64,000 nt of DNA from the NCBI GenBank assembly GCA_964016885.1, contig OZ024744.1, forward strand, positions 132,494,001 to 132,558,000, given 5' to 3'. Position 1 is the first letter of the stretch. Each line of letters starts with the position of its first letter. The notes below the pieces were generated by a model. The model did not search any database. It was given only the letters and a program-made list of their open reading frames with translations, and was not told the origin of the DNA. The stretch comes from Eledone cirrhosa. Taxonomy: Eukaryota. Below, in pieces: positions 47,736 to 59,774 of this stretch. The position numbers and the translations under genes were made by a program.

Positions 47736-50700
47736 AAATTTTTCTCGAAAAACCTAAAAAATCAGTTGTCGAAATCAGAAGTTAATATTTCGTAAAACGC
47801 AATTTGAAAAACTCATTAATTTTTTTTCGAAAACTTATTATATAATCAATTTTTTTATACTTTTAGAAATATTTATATCTGATTTCAAATATTGATTTTT
47901 TTAGGTTTTTCGAAAACCCTATATAATCAATTTTTTTGTACTTTTAGAAATATCTATATCTGATTTCATGTATTGATTTTTTTATATTTTTCGAAAAAGC
48001 TTAGATAATCAATTTTTTTAGGTCTTTCGAAAACATTATATAATCAATTTTTTTTTAGGTTTTTCGAAAAAACCTTATATAATCAATTTTTTTTAGGTTT
48101 TTCAAATATTGATTTTTTTAGCTTTTTCGACAAAATCTTATATAATCAATTTTTTTTAGGTTTTTCGAAAAAGAATGAATTTGAGTTCATAGTCGAAATA
48201 TATACTTCTGCATTAATCTTTTTACGTTTTTTTGATTTTTTAAAAAAAACGTAAAAAATTAATGCTTTTACAAATCTTTTGAAATATTTACTTTCTAGTT
48301 TCAAATTTTGCAGATTAAATTTTTCTCGAAAAACCTAAAAAATCAGTTGTCGAAATCAGAAGTTAATATTTCGAAAAACGCAATTTGAAAAACTCATATT
48401 AATTTTTTTTCGAAAACATTATATAATCAATTTTTTAGAAATATTTATATCTGATTTCAAATATTGATTTTTTTAGGTTTTTCGAAAACCCTATATAATC
48501 AATTTTTTTGTACTTTTAGAAATATCTATATCTGATTTCATGTATTGATTTTTTTATATTTTTCGAAAAATCTTATATAATCAATTTTTTTACGTTTTTA
48601 GAAAAACCTTATATAATCAATTTTTTTTAGGTTTTTCGAAAAACCTTATATAATCAATTTTTTTATGTTTTTTCGAAAAATCTTATATAATCAATTTTTT
48701 TACGTTTTTAGAAATATTTATATCTGATTTCAAATATTGATTTTTTTTAGATTTTTCGAAATACCTTATATAATCAATTTTTTTTAGGTTTTTCAAATTA
48801 CCTTATATAATCAATTTTTTTTATCAGATTTCAAATATTGATTTTTTTTAGCTTTTTCGACAAAATCTTATATAATCAATTTTTTTTAGGTTTTTCGAAA
48901 AAGAATGAATTTGAGTTCATAGTCGAAATATATACTTCTGCATTAATCTTTTTACGTTTTTTTGATTTTTTTTAAAAAAACGTAAAAAATTAATGCTTTT
49001 ACAAATCTTTTGAAATATTTACTTTCTAGTTTCAAATTTTGGAGATTAAATTTTTCTCGAAAAACCTAAAAAATCAGTTGTCGAAATCAGAAGTTAATAT
49101 TTCGAAAAACGCAATTTGAAAAACTCATATTAATTTTTTTTCGAAAACATTATATAATCAATTTTTTAGAAATATTTATATCTGATTTCAAATATTGATT
49201 TTTTTAGGTTTTTCGAAAACCCTATATAATCAATTTTTTTGTACTTTTAGAAATATCTATATCTGATTTCATGTATTGATTTTTTTATATTTTTCGAAAA
49301 AGCTTAGATAATCAATTTTTTTAGGTCTTTCGAAAACATTATATAATCAATTTTTTTTTAGGTTTTTCGAAAAAACCTTATATAATCAATTTTTTTTAGG
49401 TTTTTCAAATATTGATTTTTTTAGCTTTTTCGACAAAATCTTATATAATCAATTTTTTTTAGGTTTTTCGAAAAAGAATGAATTTGAGTTCATAGTCGAA
49501 ATATATACTTCTGCATTAATCTTTTTACGTTTTTTTGATTTTTTTAAAAAAACGTAAAAAATTAATGCTTTTACAAATCTTTTGAAATATTTACTTTCTA
49601 GTTTCAAATTTTGCAGATTAAATTTTTCTCGAAAAACCTAAAAAATCAGTTGTCGAAATCAGAAGTTAATATTTCGAAAAACGCAATTTGAAAAACTCAT
49701 ATTAATTTTCTTTCGAAAACATTATATAATCAATTTTTTAGAAATATTTATATCTGATTTCAAATATTGATTTTTTTAGGTTTTTCGAAAACCCTATATA
49801 ATCAATTTTTTTGTACTTTTAGAAATATCTATATCTGATTTCATGTATTGATTTTTTTATATTTTTCGAAAAATCTTATATAATCAATTTTTTTACGTTT
49901 TTAGAAAAACCTTATATAATCAATTTTTTTTAGGTTTTTCGAAAAACCTTATATAATCAATTTTTTTATGTTTTTTCGAAAAATCTTATATAATCAATTT
50001 TTTTACGTTTTTAGAAATATTTATATCTGATTTCAAATATTGATGTTTTTTAGATTTTTCGAAATACCTTATATAATCAATTTTTTTTAGGTTTTTCAAA
50101 TTACCTTATATAATCAATTTTTTTTATCAGATTTCAAATATTGATTTTTTTTAGCTTTTTCGACAAAATCTTATAATCAATTTTTTTTAGGTTTTTCGAA
50201 AAAGAATGAATTTGAGTTCATAGTCGAAATATATACTTCTGCATTAATCTTTTTACGTTTTTTTGATTTTTTTTAAAAAAACGTAAAAAATTAATGCTTT
50301 TACAAATCTTTTGAAATATTTACTTTCTAGTTTCAAATTTTGCAGATTAAATTTTTCTCGAAAAACCTAAAAAATCAGTTGTCGAAATCAGAAGTTAATA
50401 TTTCGAAAAACGCAATTTGAAAAACTCATATTAATTTTTTTTCGAAAACATTATATAATCAATTTTTTAGAAATATTTATATCTGATTTCAAATATTGAT
50501 TTTTTTAGGTTTTTCGAAAACCCTATATAATCAATTTTTTTGTACTTTTAGAAATATCTATATCTGATTTCATGTATTGATTTTTTTATATTTTTCGAAA
50601 AAGCTTAGATAATCAATTTTTTTAGGTCTTTTGAAAACATTATATAATCAATTTTTTTTTAGGTTTTTCGAAAAAACCTTATATAATCAATTTTTTTTAG

Positions 50701-52252
50701 GTTTTTCAAATATTGATTTTTTTAGCTTTTTCGACAAAATCTTATATAATCAATTTTTTTTAGGTTTTTCGAAAAAGAATGAATTTGAGTTCATAGTCGA
50801 AATATATACTTCTGCATTAATCTTTTTACGTTTTTTTGATTTTTTTAAAAAAACGTAAAAAATTAATGCTTTTACAAATCTTTTGAAATATTTACTTTCT
50901 AGTTTCAAATTTTGCAGATTAAATTTTTCTCGAAAAACCTAAAAAATCAGTTGTCGAAATCAGAAGTTAATATTTCGAAAAACGCAATTTGAAAAACTCA
51001 TATTAATTTTTTTTCGAAAACATTATATAATCAATTTTTTAGAAATATTTATATCTGATTTCAAATATTGATTTTTTTAGGTTTTTCGAAAACCCTATAT
51101 AATCAATTTTTTTGTACTTTTAGAAATATCTATATCTGATTTCATGTATTGATTTTTTTATATTTTTCGAAAAATCTTATATAATCAATTTTTTTACGTT
51201 TTTAGAAAAACCTTATATAATCAATTTTTTTTAGGTTTTTCGAAAAACCTTATATAATCAATTTTTTTATGTTTTTTCGAAAAATCTTATATAATCAATT
51301 TTTTTACGTTTTTAGAAATATTTATATCTGATTTCAAATATTGATTTTTTTTAGATTTTTCGAAATACCTTATATAATCAATTTTTTTTAGGTTTTTCAA
51401 ATTACCTTATATAATCAATTTTTTTTATCAGATTTCAAATATTGATTTTTTTTAGCTTTTTCGACAAAATCTTATATAATCAATTTTTTTTAGGTTTTTC
51501 GAAAAAGAATGAATTTGAGTTCATAGTCGAAATATATACTTCTGCATTAATCTTTTTACGTTTTTTTGATTTTTTTTAAAAAAACGTAAAAAATTAATGC
51601 TTTTACAAATCTTTTGAAATATTTACTTTCTAGTTTCAAATTTTGCAGATTAAATTTTTCTCGAAAAACCTAAAAAATCAGTTGTCGAAATCAGAAGTTA
51701 ATATTTCGAAAAACGCAATTTGAAAAACTCATATTAATTTTTTTTCGAAAACATTATATAATCAATTTTTTAGAAATATTTATATCTGATTTCAAATATT
51801 GATTTTTTTAGGTTTTTCGAAAACCCTATATAATCAATTTTTTTGTACTTTTAGAAATATCTATATCTGATTTCATGTATTGATTTTTTTATATTTTTAG
51901 AAAAAGCTTAGATAATCAATTTTTTTAGGTCTTTCGAAAACCTTATATAATCAATTTTTTTTTAGGTTTTTCGAAAAAACCTTATATAATCATTATTTTC
52001 TAGGCTTTTTCGAAAAATCTTATATAATCAATTTTTTTACGTTTTTCGAAAAAACTTATATCAATTTTTTTTAGGTTTTTCAAAAAACCTTATATAATCA
52101 ATTTTTTTTAGGTTTTTCGAAAAACCTTATATAATCAATTTTTTTTGTTTTTTCAAAAAATCTTATATAATCAATTTTTTTACGTTTTTAGAAATATTTA
52201 TATCTTATTTCAAATATTGATTTTTTTTAGATTTTTCGAAATACCTTATATA

Positions 52253-52316
52253 ATCAATTTTTTTTAGGTTTTTCAAATCACCATAAGATAATTTGAAAAA
52301 CCTAAAAAAAATTGAT
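52253..52316. repeat. Copy-specific perfect hairpin (26-bp stem, 12-nt loop)
   Basis: ATCAATTTTTTTTAGGTTTTTCAAAT-CACCATAAGATA-ATTTGAAAAACCTAAAAAAAATTGAT. Confidence 0.93.
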
Positions 52317-53012
52317 CTGATTTCAAATATTGATTTTTTTAGCTTTTTCGACAAAATCTTATATAATCAATTTTTTTTAGGTTTTTCGAAAAAGAATGAA
52401 TTTGAGTTCTTAGTCGAAATATATACTTCTGCATTAATCTTTTTACGTTTTTTTGAAAAAATTAATGCTTTTACAAATCTTTTGAAATATTTACTTTCTA
52501 GTTTCAAATTTTGCAGATTAAATTTTTCTCGAAAAACCTAAAAAATCAGTTGTCGAAATCAGAAGTTATATCTCGTAAAACGCAATTTGAAAAACTCATA
52601 TTAATTTTTTTTCGAAAACTTATTATATAATCAATTTTTTTATACTTTTAGAAATATTTATATCTGATTTCAAATATTGATTTTTTTAGGTTTTTCGAAA
52701 ACCCTATATAATCAATTTTTTTGTACTTTTAGAAATATCTATATCTGATTTCATGTATTGATTTTTTTATATTTTTCGAAAAAGCTTAGATAATCAATTT
52801 TTTTAGGTCTTTCGAAAACCTTATATAATCAATTTTTTTTTAGGTTTTTCGAAAAAACCTTATATAATCAATTTTTTTTAGGTTTTTTCGAAGTATCTTA
52901 TATAATCAATTTTTTTACGTTTTTAGAAATATTTATATCTGATTTCAAATATTGATTTTTTTTAGATTTTTCGAAATACCTTATATAATCAATTTTTTTT
53001 AGGTTTTTCAAA

Positions 53013-53192
53013 TTACCCCGACTTAACCCCGACTTAACTTAACCCCAACTTAACTTAACCCCAACTTAACTTAACCCCAACTTGACTTAACCCCAACATA
53101 ACTCACACCCAACTTAACTTACCCCCAACTTAACTTAACCCCAACTTGACTTAACCCCAACTTAACTTAACCCCAACTTAACTTAACGCCAA
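53013..53192 (-). repeat. Inverted 16-mer cassette (leading type)
   Basis: C-rich run to ACGCCAAAGTCGGAG. Confidence 0.93.
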
Positions 53193-55105
53193 AGTCGGAG
53201 TTAAGTTAAGTTGGGGTTAAGCTAAGTTGGGGGTAAGTTAAGTTGGGGGTAAGTTAAATTGGGGTTAAGTTAAGTTGGGGTTAATTTAAGTTGGGGTTAA
53301 GTTAAGTTGGGGTTAACTTAAGTTGGGGTTAAGTTAAGTTGGGGTTAATTTAGGTTGGGGTTAAGTTAAGTTGGGGTTAAGATAAGTTGGGGTTAAGTTA
53401 AATTGAGATTAAGTTAACTTGGGTTTGAGTTAAGTTGGGGATAAGTCAAGTGGTGGTTATGTTAAGTTGGGGTTAAGTTAAGTTGGGGTTAAATTAAGTT
53501 GGGGTTAAGTTAAGTTGGGTGTAAGCTAAGTTGGGGTTGAGTGAAGTTGGGGTTAAGTTAAGTTGGGGTTAAGTAGAGTTGGGGTTAAGTTAAGTTGGGG
53601 TTAAGTTAAGTTGGTGTTAAGTTGGGGTTAAGTTAAGTTGGGGTTGAGTGAAGTTGGGGTTAAGTTAAGTTGGGGTTAAATTAAGTTGGGGTTAACTTAA
53701 GTTGGGTTTAAGTTAAGTTGCGGTTAAGTTAAGTTGGGGTTAAGTTAAGTTGGGGTTAAGTTAAGTCGGGGTTAAGTTAAGTTGGGGTTGAGTTAAGTTG
53801 GGGTTATTTTAAGTTGAGGTTATGTTAAGTTGGGGTTAATTTAAGTTGGGGTTAAGTTAAGTTGGGGTCAATTTAAGTTGGGGTTAAGTTCAGTTGGGGT
53901 TAATTTAAGTTGGGGTTAAGTTAAGTTGGGTTTAAGTTAAGTTGGGGTTAAGTTAAGTTGGGGTTAAGTTAAGTTGGGTTTAAGTTAAGTTGGGGCTAAG
54001 TTAAGTTGGGTCTAATTTGAGTTGGGGTTAAGTTAAGTTGGGGTTAAGTTAAGTTGAGGTTAAATTAAGTTGGGGTTAATTAAGTTGGGGTTAAGTTAAG
54101 TTGGGGTTAAGTTAAGTTGGGGTTGAGTTAAGTTGGGGTTGAGTTAAGTTGGGGTTAAGTAAAGTTGGGGTTAAGTTAAGTTGGGGTTAAGTTAAGTTGG
54201 GGTTAATTTAAGTTCGGGTTAAGTTAAGTTCGGGGTAAGCTAAGTTGGGGTTCAGTTAAATTGGGTCTAAGTTAAGTGGGAGGTTAAGTTAAGTTGGGGT
54301 TGAGTTAAGTTGTGGTTAAGTTAACTTGGGGTTAAGTTAAGTTAAGTTTGAGTTAAGTTGGGGTTAAGTTGGGGTTAAGTTAAGTTGGGGTTAAGTTACG
54401 TTGGGGTTAAGTTAAGTTGGGGTTAAGTTGAGGTTAAGTTAAGTTGTGGTTAAGTTAAGTTGGGGCTAAGTTAAGTTGGGGCTAAGTTAAGTTGGGGTTA
54501 AGTTAAGTTGGGGTTAATTTAAGTTGGGGTTAGGTTAAGTTGGGGATAAGTTAAGTTGGGGATAAGTTAAGTTGGGGTTAAGTTAAGTTGGGTTTAAGTT
54601 AAGCTGGGGTTAAGTTAAGTTGGGGTTAAATTAAGTTGGGGTTAAGTTAAGTTTGGGTTAGGTTAAGTTGGGGATAAGTTAAGTTGGGGATAAGTTAAGT
54701 TGGGGTTAAGTTAAGTTGGGTTTAAGTTAAGTTGGGGTTAAGTTAAGTTGGGGTTAAGTTAAGTTGGGGTTAAGTTAAGTTGCGGTTAGTTAAGTTGAGT
54801 TTAAGTTAAGTTGGGGTTAATTTAAGTTGGGGTTAAGTTAAGTTGGGGTTCAGTTCAGTTGGGGTTAAGTCAAGTTGGGGTTAAGTTAAGTTGGGGTTAA
54901 GTTAAGTTGGGGTTAGGTTAAGTTGGGGATAATTTAAGTTGGGGATAAGCTAAGTTGGGGTTAAGTTAAGTTGGGTTTAAGTTAAGTTGGGGTTAAGTTA
55001 AGTTGGGGTTAAATTAAGTTGGGGTTAAGTTAAGCTGGGGTTAAATTAAGTTGGGGTTATGTTAAGTTGGGGTTAAGTTAAGTTGGGGTTAGTTTAAGTG
55101 GGGTT

Positions 55106-55450
55106 AACCCCAACTTAACTTAACCCCAACTTAACTTAACCCCAACTTCACTCAACCCCAACTTAAATTAACCCCAACTTCACTCAACCCCAACTTAACT
55201 CAACCCCAACTTAAATTAACCCCAACTTAACTTAACCCTGACTTAACTTAACCCCGACTTAACTTAACCCCGACTTAACTTAACCCCAACTTAACTTAAA
55301 CCCCAACTTAACTTAACCCCAACTTAACTTAACCCCAACTTGACTTAACCCCAACTTAACTCACACCCAACTTAACTTACCCCTAACTTAACTTAACCAC
55401 AACTTGACGTAAACCCAACTTAACTTAACCCCAACTTAACTTAACCCCAA
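55106..55450 (-). repeat. Inverted 16-mer cassette (CCCTGAC type)
   Basis: Same entry palindrome and exit scar. Confidence 0.93.
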
Positions 55451-56109
55451 AGTCGGAGTTCAGTTAAGTTGGGGTTCAGTTAAGTTAGGCTTAACTTAAG
55501 TTGGGGTTGAGTTAAGTTGGGGGTAAGTTAAGTTGGGGGTAAGTTAAGTTGGGGTTAAGTTAAGTTGGGGTTAAGTTGGGGTTAAGTTAAGTTAGGGTTA
55601 AGTTAAGTTGGGGTTGACTTAAGTTGGGGTTAAGTTAAGTGGTGGTTATGTTAAGTTGGGGTTAAGTTAAGTTGGGGTTAAATTAAGTGGGGTTAACTTA
55701 AGTTGGGTGTAAGTTAAGTTGGGGTTGAGTGAAGTTGGGGTTAAGTTAAGTTGGGGTTAAGTTAAGTTAGGGTTAATTTAAGTTGGGGTTATGATAAGTT
55801 GGTGTTAAGTTAAGTTGGGGTTAAGTCGAGTTGGGGTTAAGTTAAGTTGGGGTTAAGTTAAATTGGTGTTAAGTTAAGTTGGGGTTAAGTTAAGTTGGGG
55901 TTAGTTAAGTTGAGTTTAAGTTAAGTTGGGGTTAATTTAAGTTGGGGTTAAGTTAAGTTGGGGTTCAGTTAAGTTGGGGTTAAGTTAAGTTGGGGTTGAG
56001 TTAAGTTGTGGTTAAGTTAAGTTGGGGTTAGGTTAAGTTGGGGTTAAGTTAAGCTGGGGTTAAATTAAGTTGGGGTTAAGTTAAGTTGGGGTTAGGTTAA
56101 GTTGGGGTT

Positions 56110-56374
56110 AACCCCAACTTCACTCAACCCCAACTTAACTTAACCCCAACTTCACTCAACCCCAACTTAACTCAACCCCAACTTAACTTAACCCCAACTT
56201 AACTTAACCCTAACTTAACTTAACCCCGACTTAAACTTAACCCCGACTTAACTTAACCCCAACTTAACTTAACCCCAACTTAACTTAACCCCAACTTAAC
56301 TTAATCCCAACTTGACTTAACCCCAACTTAACTCACACCCAACTTAACTTACCCCCAACTTAACTTAACCCCAA
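56110..56374 (-). repeat. Inverted 16-mer cassette (CCCTAAC type)
   Basis: Same entry palindrome and exit scar. Confidence 0.93.
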
Positions 56375-58505
56375 AGTCGGAGTTAAGTTAAGTTGGGGTT
56401 AAGTTAAGTTAGGCTTAACTTAAGTTGGGGTTAAGTTAAGTTGGGGGTAAGTTAAGTTGGGGGTAAGTTAAGTTGGGGTTAAGTTAAGTTGGGGTTAAGA
56501 TAAGTGGTGGTTATGTTAAGTTGAGGTTAAGTTAAGTTAGGGTTAAATTAAGTTGGGGTTAAGTTAAGTTGGGTGTAAGTTAAGTTGGGGTTGAGTGAAG
56601 TTGGGGTTAAGTTAAGTTGGGGTTAAGTAGAGTTGGGGTTAAGTTAAGTTGGGGTTAAGTTAAGTTGGTGTTAAGTTGGGGTTAAGTTAAGTTGGGGTTA
56701 AGTTGGGGTTAAGTTAAGTGGTGGTTATGTTAAGTTGGGGTTAACTTAAGTTGGGGTTAATTTAAATTGGGGTTAAGTTAACTTTGTGGTTAAGTTAAGT
56801 TGGGGTTAAGTTAAGTTGGGGTTAAATTAAGTTGGGGTTGAGTGAAGTTGGGGTTAAGTTAAGTTGGGGTTAAGTTAAGTTGGGGTTAACTTAAGTTGGG
56901 TTTAAGTTAAGTTGCGGTTAAGTTAAGTTGGGGTTAAGTTAAGTTGGGGTTAAGTTAAGTCGGGGTTAATTTAAGTTGGGGTTGAGTTAAGTTGGGGTTA
57001 ATTTAAGTTGAGGTTATGTTAAGTTGGGGTTAATTTAAGTTGGGGTTAAGTTAAGTTGGGGTTAAGTTAAGTTGGGGTTAATTTAAGTTGGGATTAAGTT
57101 CAGTTGGGGTTAAATTAAGTTGGGGTTCAGTTAAGCTGGGGTTAAATTAAGTTGGGGTTAAGTTAAGTTGGGGTTAAGTTAAGTTGGGGTTAAGTTAAGT
57201 TAGGGTTAATTTAAGTTGGGGTTATGTTAAGTTGGGGTTAAGTTAAGTTGGGGTTAAGTCGAGTTGGGGTTAAGTTAAGTTGGGGTTAGTTAAGTTGAGT
57301 TTAAGTTAAGTTGGGGTTAATTTAAGTTGGGGTTAAGTTAAGTTGGGGTTCAGTTAAGTTGGGGTTAAGTTAAGTTGGGGTTAAGTTAAGTTGGTTTAAG
57401 TTAAGTTGGGGTTAGGTTAAGTTGGGGATAAGTTAAGTTGGGGATAAGCTAAGTTGGGGTTAAGTTAAGTTGGGTTTAAGTTAAGTTGGGGTTAAGTTAA
57501 GTTAGGCTTAACTTAAGTTGGGGTTAAGTTAAGTTGGGGGTAAATTAAGTTGGGGGTAAGTTAAGTTGGGGTTAAGTTAAGTTGGGGTTAAGTTAAGTGG
57601 TGGTTATGTTAAGTTGGGGTTAAGTTAAGTTGGGGTTAAATTAAGTTGGGGTTAAGTTATGTTGGGTGTAAGTTAAGTTGGGGTTGAGTGAAGTTGGGGT
57701 TAAGTTAAGTTGGGGTTAAGTTAAGTTAGGGTTAATTTAAGTTGGGGTTATGTTAAGTTGGGGTTAATTTAAGTTGGGGTTAAGTAGAGTTGTGGTTAAG
57801 TTAAGTTGGGGTTAAGTTAAGTTGGTGTTAAGTTGGGGTTAAGTTAAGTTGGGGTTAAGTTAAGTCGGGGTTAAGTTAAGTTGGGGTTGAGTTAAGTTGG
57901 GGTTAATTTAAGTTGAGGTTATGTTAAGTTGGGGTTAATTTAAGTTGGGGTTAATTTAAGTTGGGGTTAAGTTAAGTTGGGGTTAAGTTGAGGTTAAGTT
58001 AAGTTGTGGTTAAGTTAAGTTGGGGCTAAGTTAAGTTGGGGCTAAGTTAAGTTGGGGCTAAGTTAAGTTGGGGTTAAGTTAAGTTGGGGTTAAGTTAAGT
58101 TGGGGTTAAGTGAAGTTGGGTTTAAGTTAAGTTGGGGTTAAGTTAAGTTGGGGTTAAGTTAAGTTGGGGTTAAGTTAAGTTGCGGTTAGTTAAGTTGAGT
58201 TTAAGTTAAGTTGGGGTTAATTTAAGTTGGGGTTAAGTTAAGTTGGGGTTCAGTTCAGTTGGGGTTAAGTCAAGTTGGGGTTAAGTTAAGTTGGGGTTAA
58301 GTTAAGTTGGGGTTAGGTTAAGTTGGGGATAATTTAAGTTGGGGATAAGCTAAGTTGGGGTTAAGTTAAGTTGGGTTTAAGTTAAGTTGGGGTTAAGTTA
58401 AGTTGGGGTTAAATTAAGTTGGGGTTAAGTTAAGCTGGGGTTAAATTAAGTTGGGGTTATGTTAAGTTGGGGTTAAGTTAAGTTGGGGTTAGTTTAAGTG
58501 GGGTT

Positions 58506-58850
58506 AACCCCAACTTAACTTAACCCCAACTTAACTTAACCCCAACTTCACTCAACCCCAACTTAAATTAACCCCAACTTCACTCAACCCCAACTTAACT
58601 CAACCCCAACTTAAATTAACCCCAACTTAACTTAACCCTGACTTAACTTAACCCCGACTTAACTTAACCCCGACTTAACTTAACCCCAACTTAACTTAAA
58701 CCCCAACTTAACTTAACCCCAACTTAACTTAACCCCAACTTGACTTAACCCCAACTTAACTCACACCCAACTTAACTTACCCCTAACTTAACTTAACCAC
58801 AACTTGACGTAAACCCAACTTAACTTAACCCCAACTTAACTTAACCCCAA
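58506..58850 (-). repeat. Inverted 16-mer cassette (duplicate of 55106-55450)
   Basis: Offset exactly 3400 bp. Confidence 0.93.
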
Positions 58851-59509
58851 AGTCGGAGTTCAGTTAAGTTGGGGTTCAGTTAAGTTAGGCTTAACTTAAG
58901 TTGGGGTTGAGTTAAGTTGGGGGTAAGTTAAGTTGGGGGTAAGTTAAGTTGGGGTTAAGTTAAGTTGGGGTTAAGTTGGGGTTAAGTTAAGTTAGGGTTA
59001 AGTTAAGTTGGGGTTGACTTAAGTTGGGGTTAAGTTAAGTGGTGGTTATGTTAAGTTGGGGTTAAGTTAAGTTGGGGTTAAATTAAGTGGGGTTAACTTA
59101 AGTTGGGTGTAAGTTAAGTTGGGGTTGAGTGAAGTTGGGGTTAAGTTAAGTTGGGGTTAAGTTAAGTTAGGGTTAATTTAAGTTGGGGTTATGATAAGTT
59201 GGTGTTAAGTTAAGTTGGGGTTAAGTCGAGTTGGGGTTAAGTTAAGTTGGGGTTAAGTTAAATTGGTGTTAAGTTAAGTTGGGGTTAAGTTAAGTTGGGG
59301 TTAGTTAAGTTGAGTTTAAGTTAAGTTGGGGTTAATTTAAGTTGGGGTTAAGTTAAGTTGGGGTTCAGTTAAGTTGGGGTTAAGTTAAGTTGGGGTTGAG
59401 TTAAGTTGTGGTTAAGTTAAGTTGGGGTTAGGTTAAGTTGGGGTTAAGTTAAGCTGGGGTTAAATTAAGTTGGGGTTAAGTTAAGTTGGGGTTAGGTTAA
59501 GTTGGGGTT

Positions 59510-59774
59510 AACCCCAACTTCACTCAACCCCAACTTAACTTAACCCCAACTTCACTCAACCCCAACTTAACTCAACCCCAACTTAACTTAACCCCAACTT
59601 AACTTAACCCTAACTTAACTTAACCCCGACTTAAACTTAACCCCGACTTAACTTAACCCCAACTTAACTTAACCCCAACTTAACTTAACCCCAACTTAAC
59701 TTAATCCCAACTTGACTTAACCCCAACTTAACTCACACCCAACTTAACTTACCCCCAACTTAACTTAACCCCAA
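59510..59774 (-). repeat. Inverted 16-mer cassette (duplicate of 56110-56374)
   Basis: Offset exactly 3400 bp. Confidence 0.93.

Larger units (their letters stand above)
27425..53012. repeat. Composite macro-repeat unit 2 (B array + A array), ~25.6 kb
   Basis: Bounded by equivalent A->B junctions at ~27425 and ~53013. Internal B->A junction at ~46884 is identical to that at ~23917. Confidence 0.9.
46889..53012. repeat. Satellite A array 3 (lead-in, then monomers of 581, 731, 572, 729, 572, 731, 868 bp and a partial)
   Basis: Marker at 47771, 48352, 49083, 49655, 50384, 50956, 51687, 52555. Confidence 0.97.

Noticed and set aside
50631-50858. 75-aa ORF on the plus strand
   Set aside because: Translation of 36-bp subrepeats (KTLYNQFF repeated). 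It starts at a TTG created by a SNP, and the frame depends on homopolymer lengths that vary between copies.
52293-52541. 82-aa ORF on the plus strand
   Set aside because: Starts at TTG inside the fold-back insertion; satellite-derived, with no recognisable domain.
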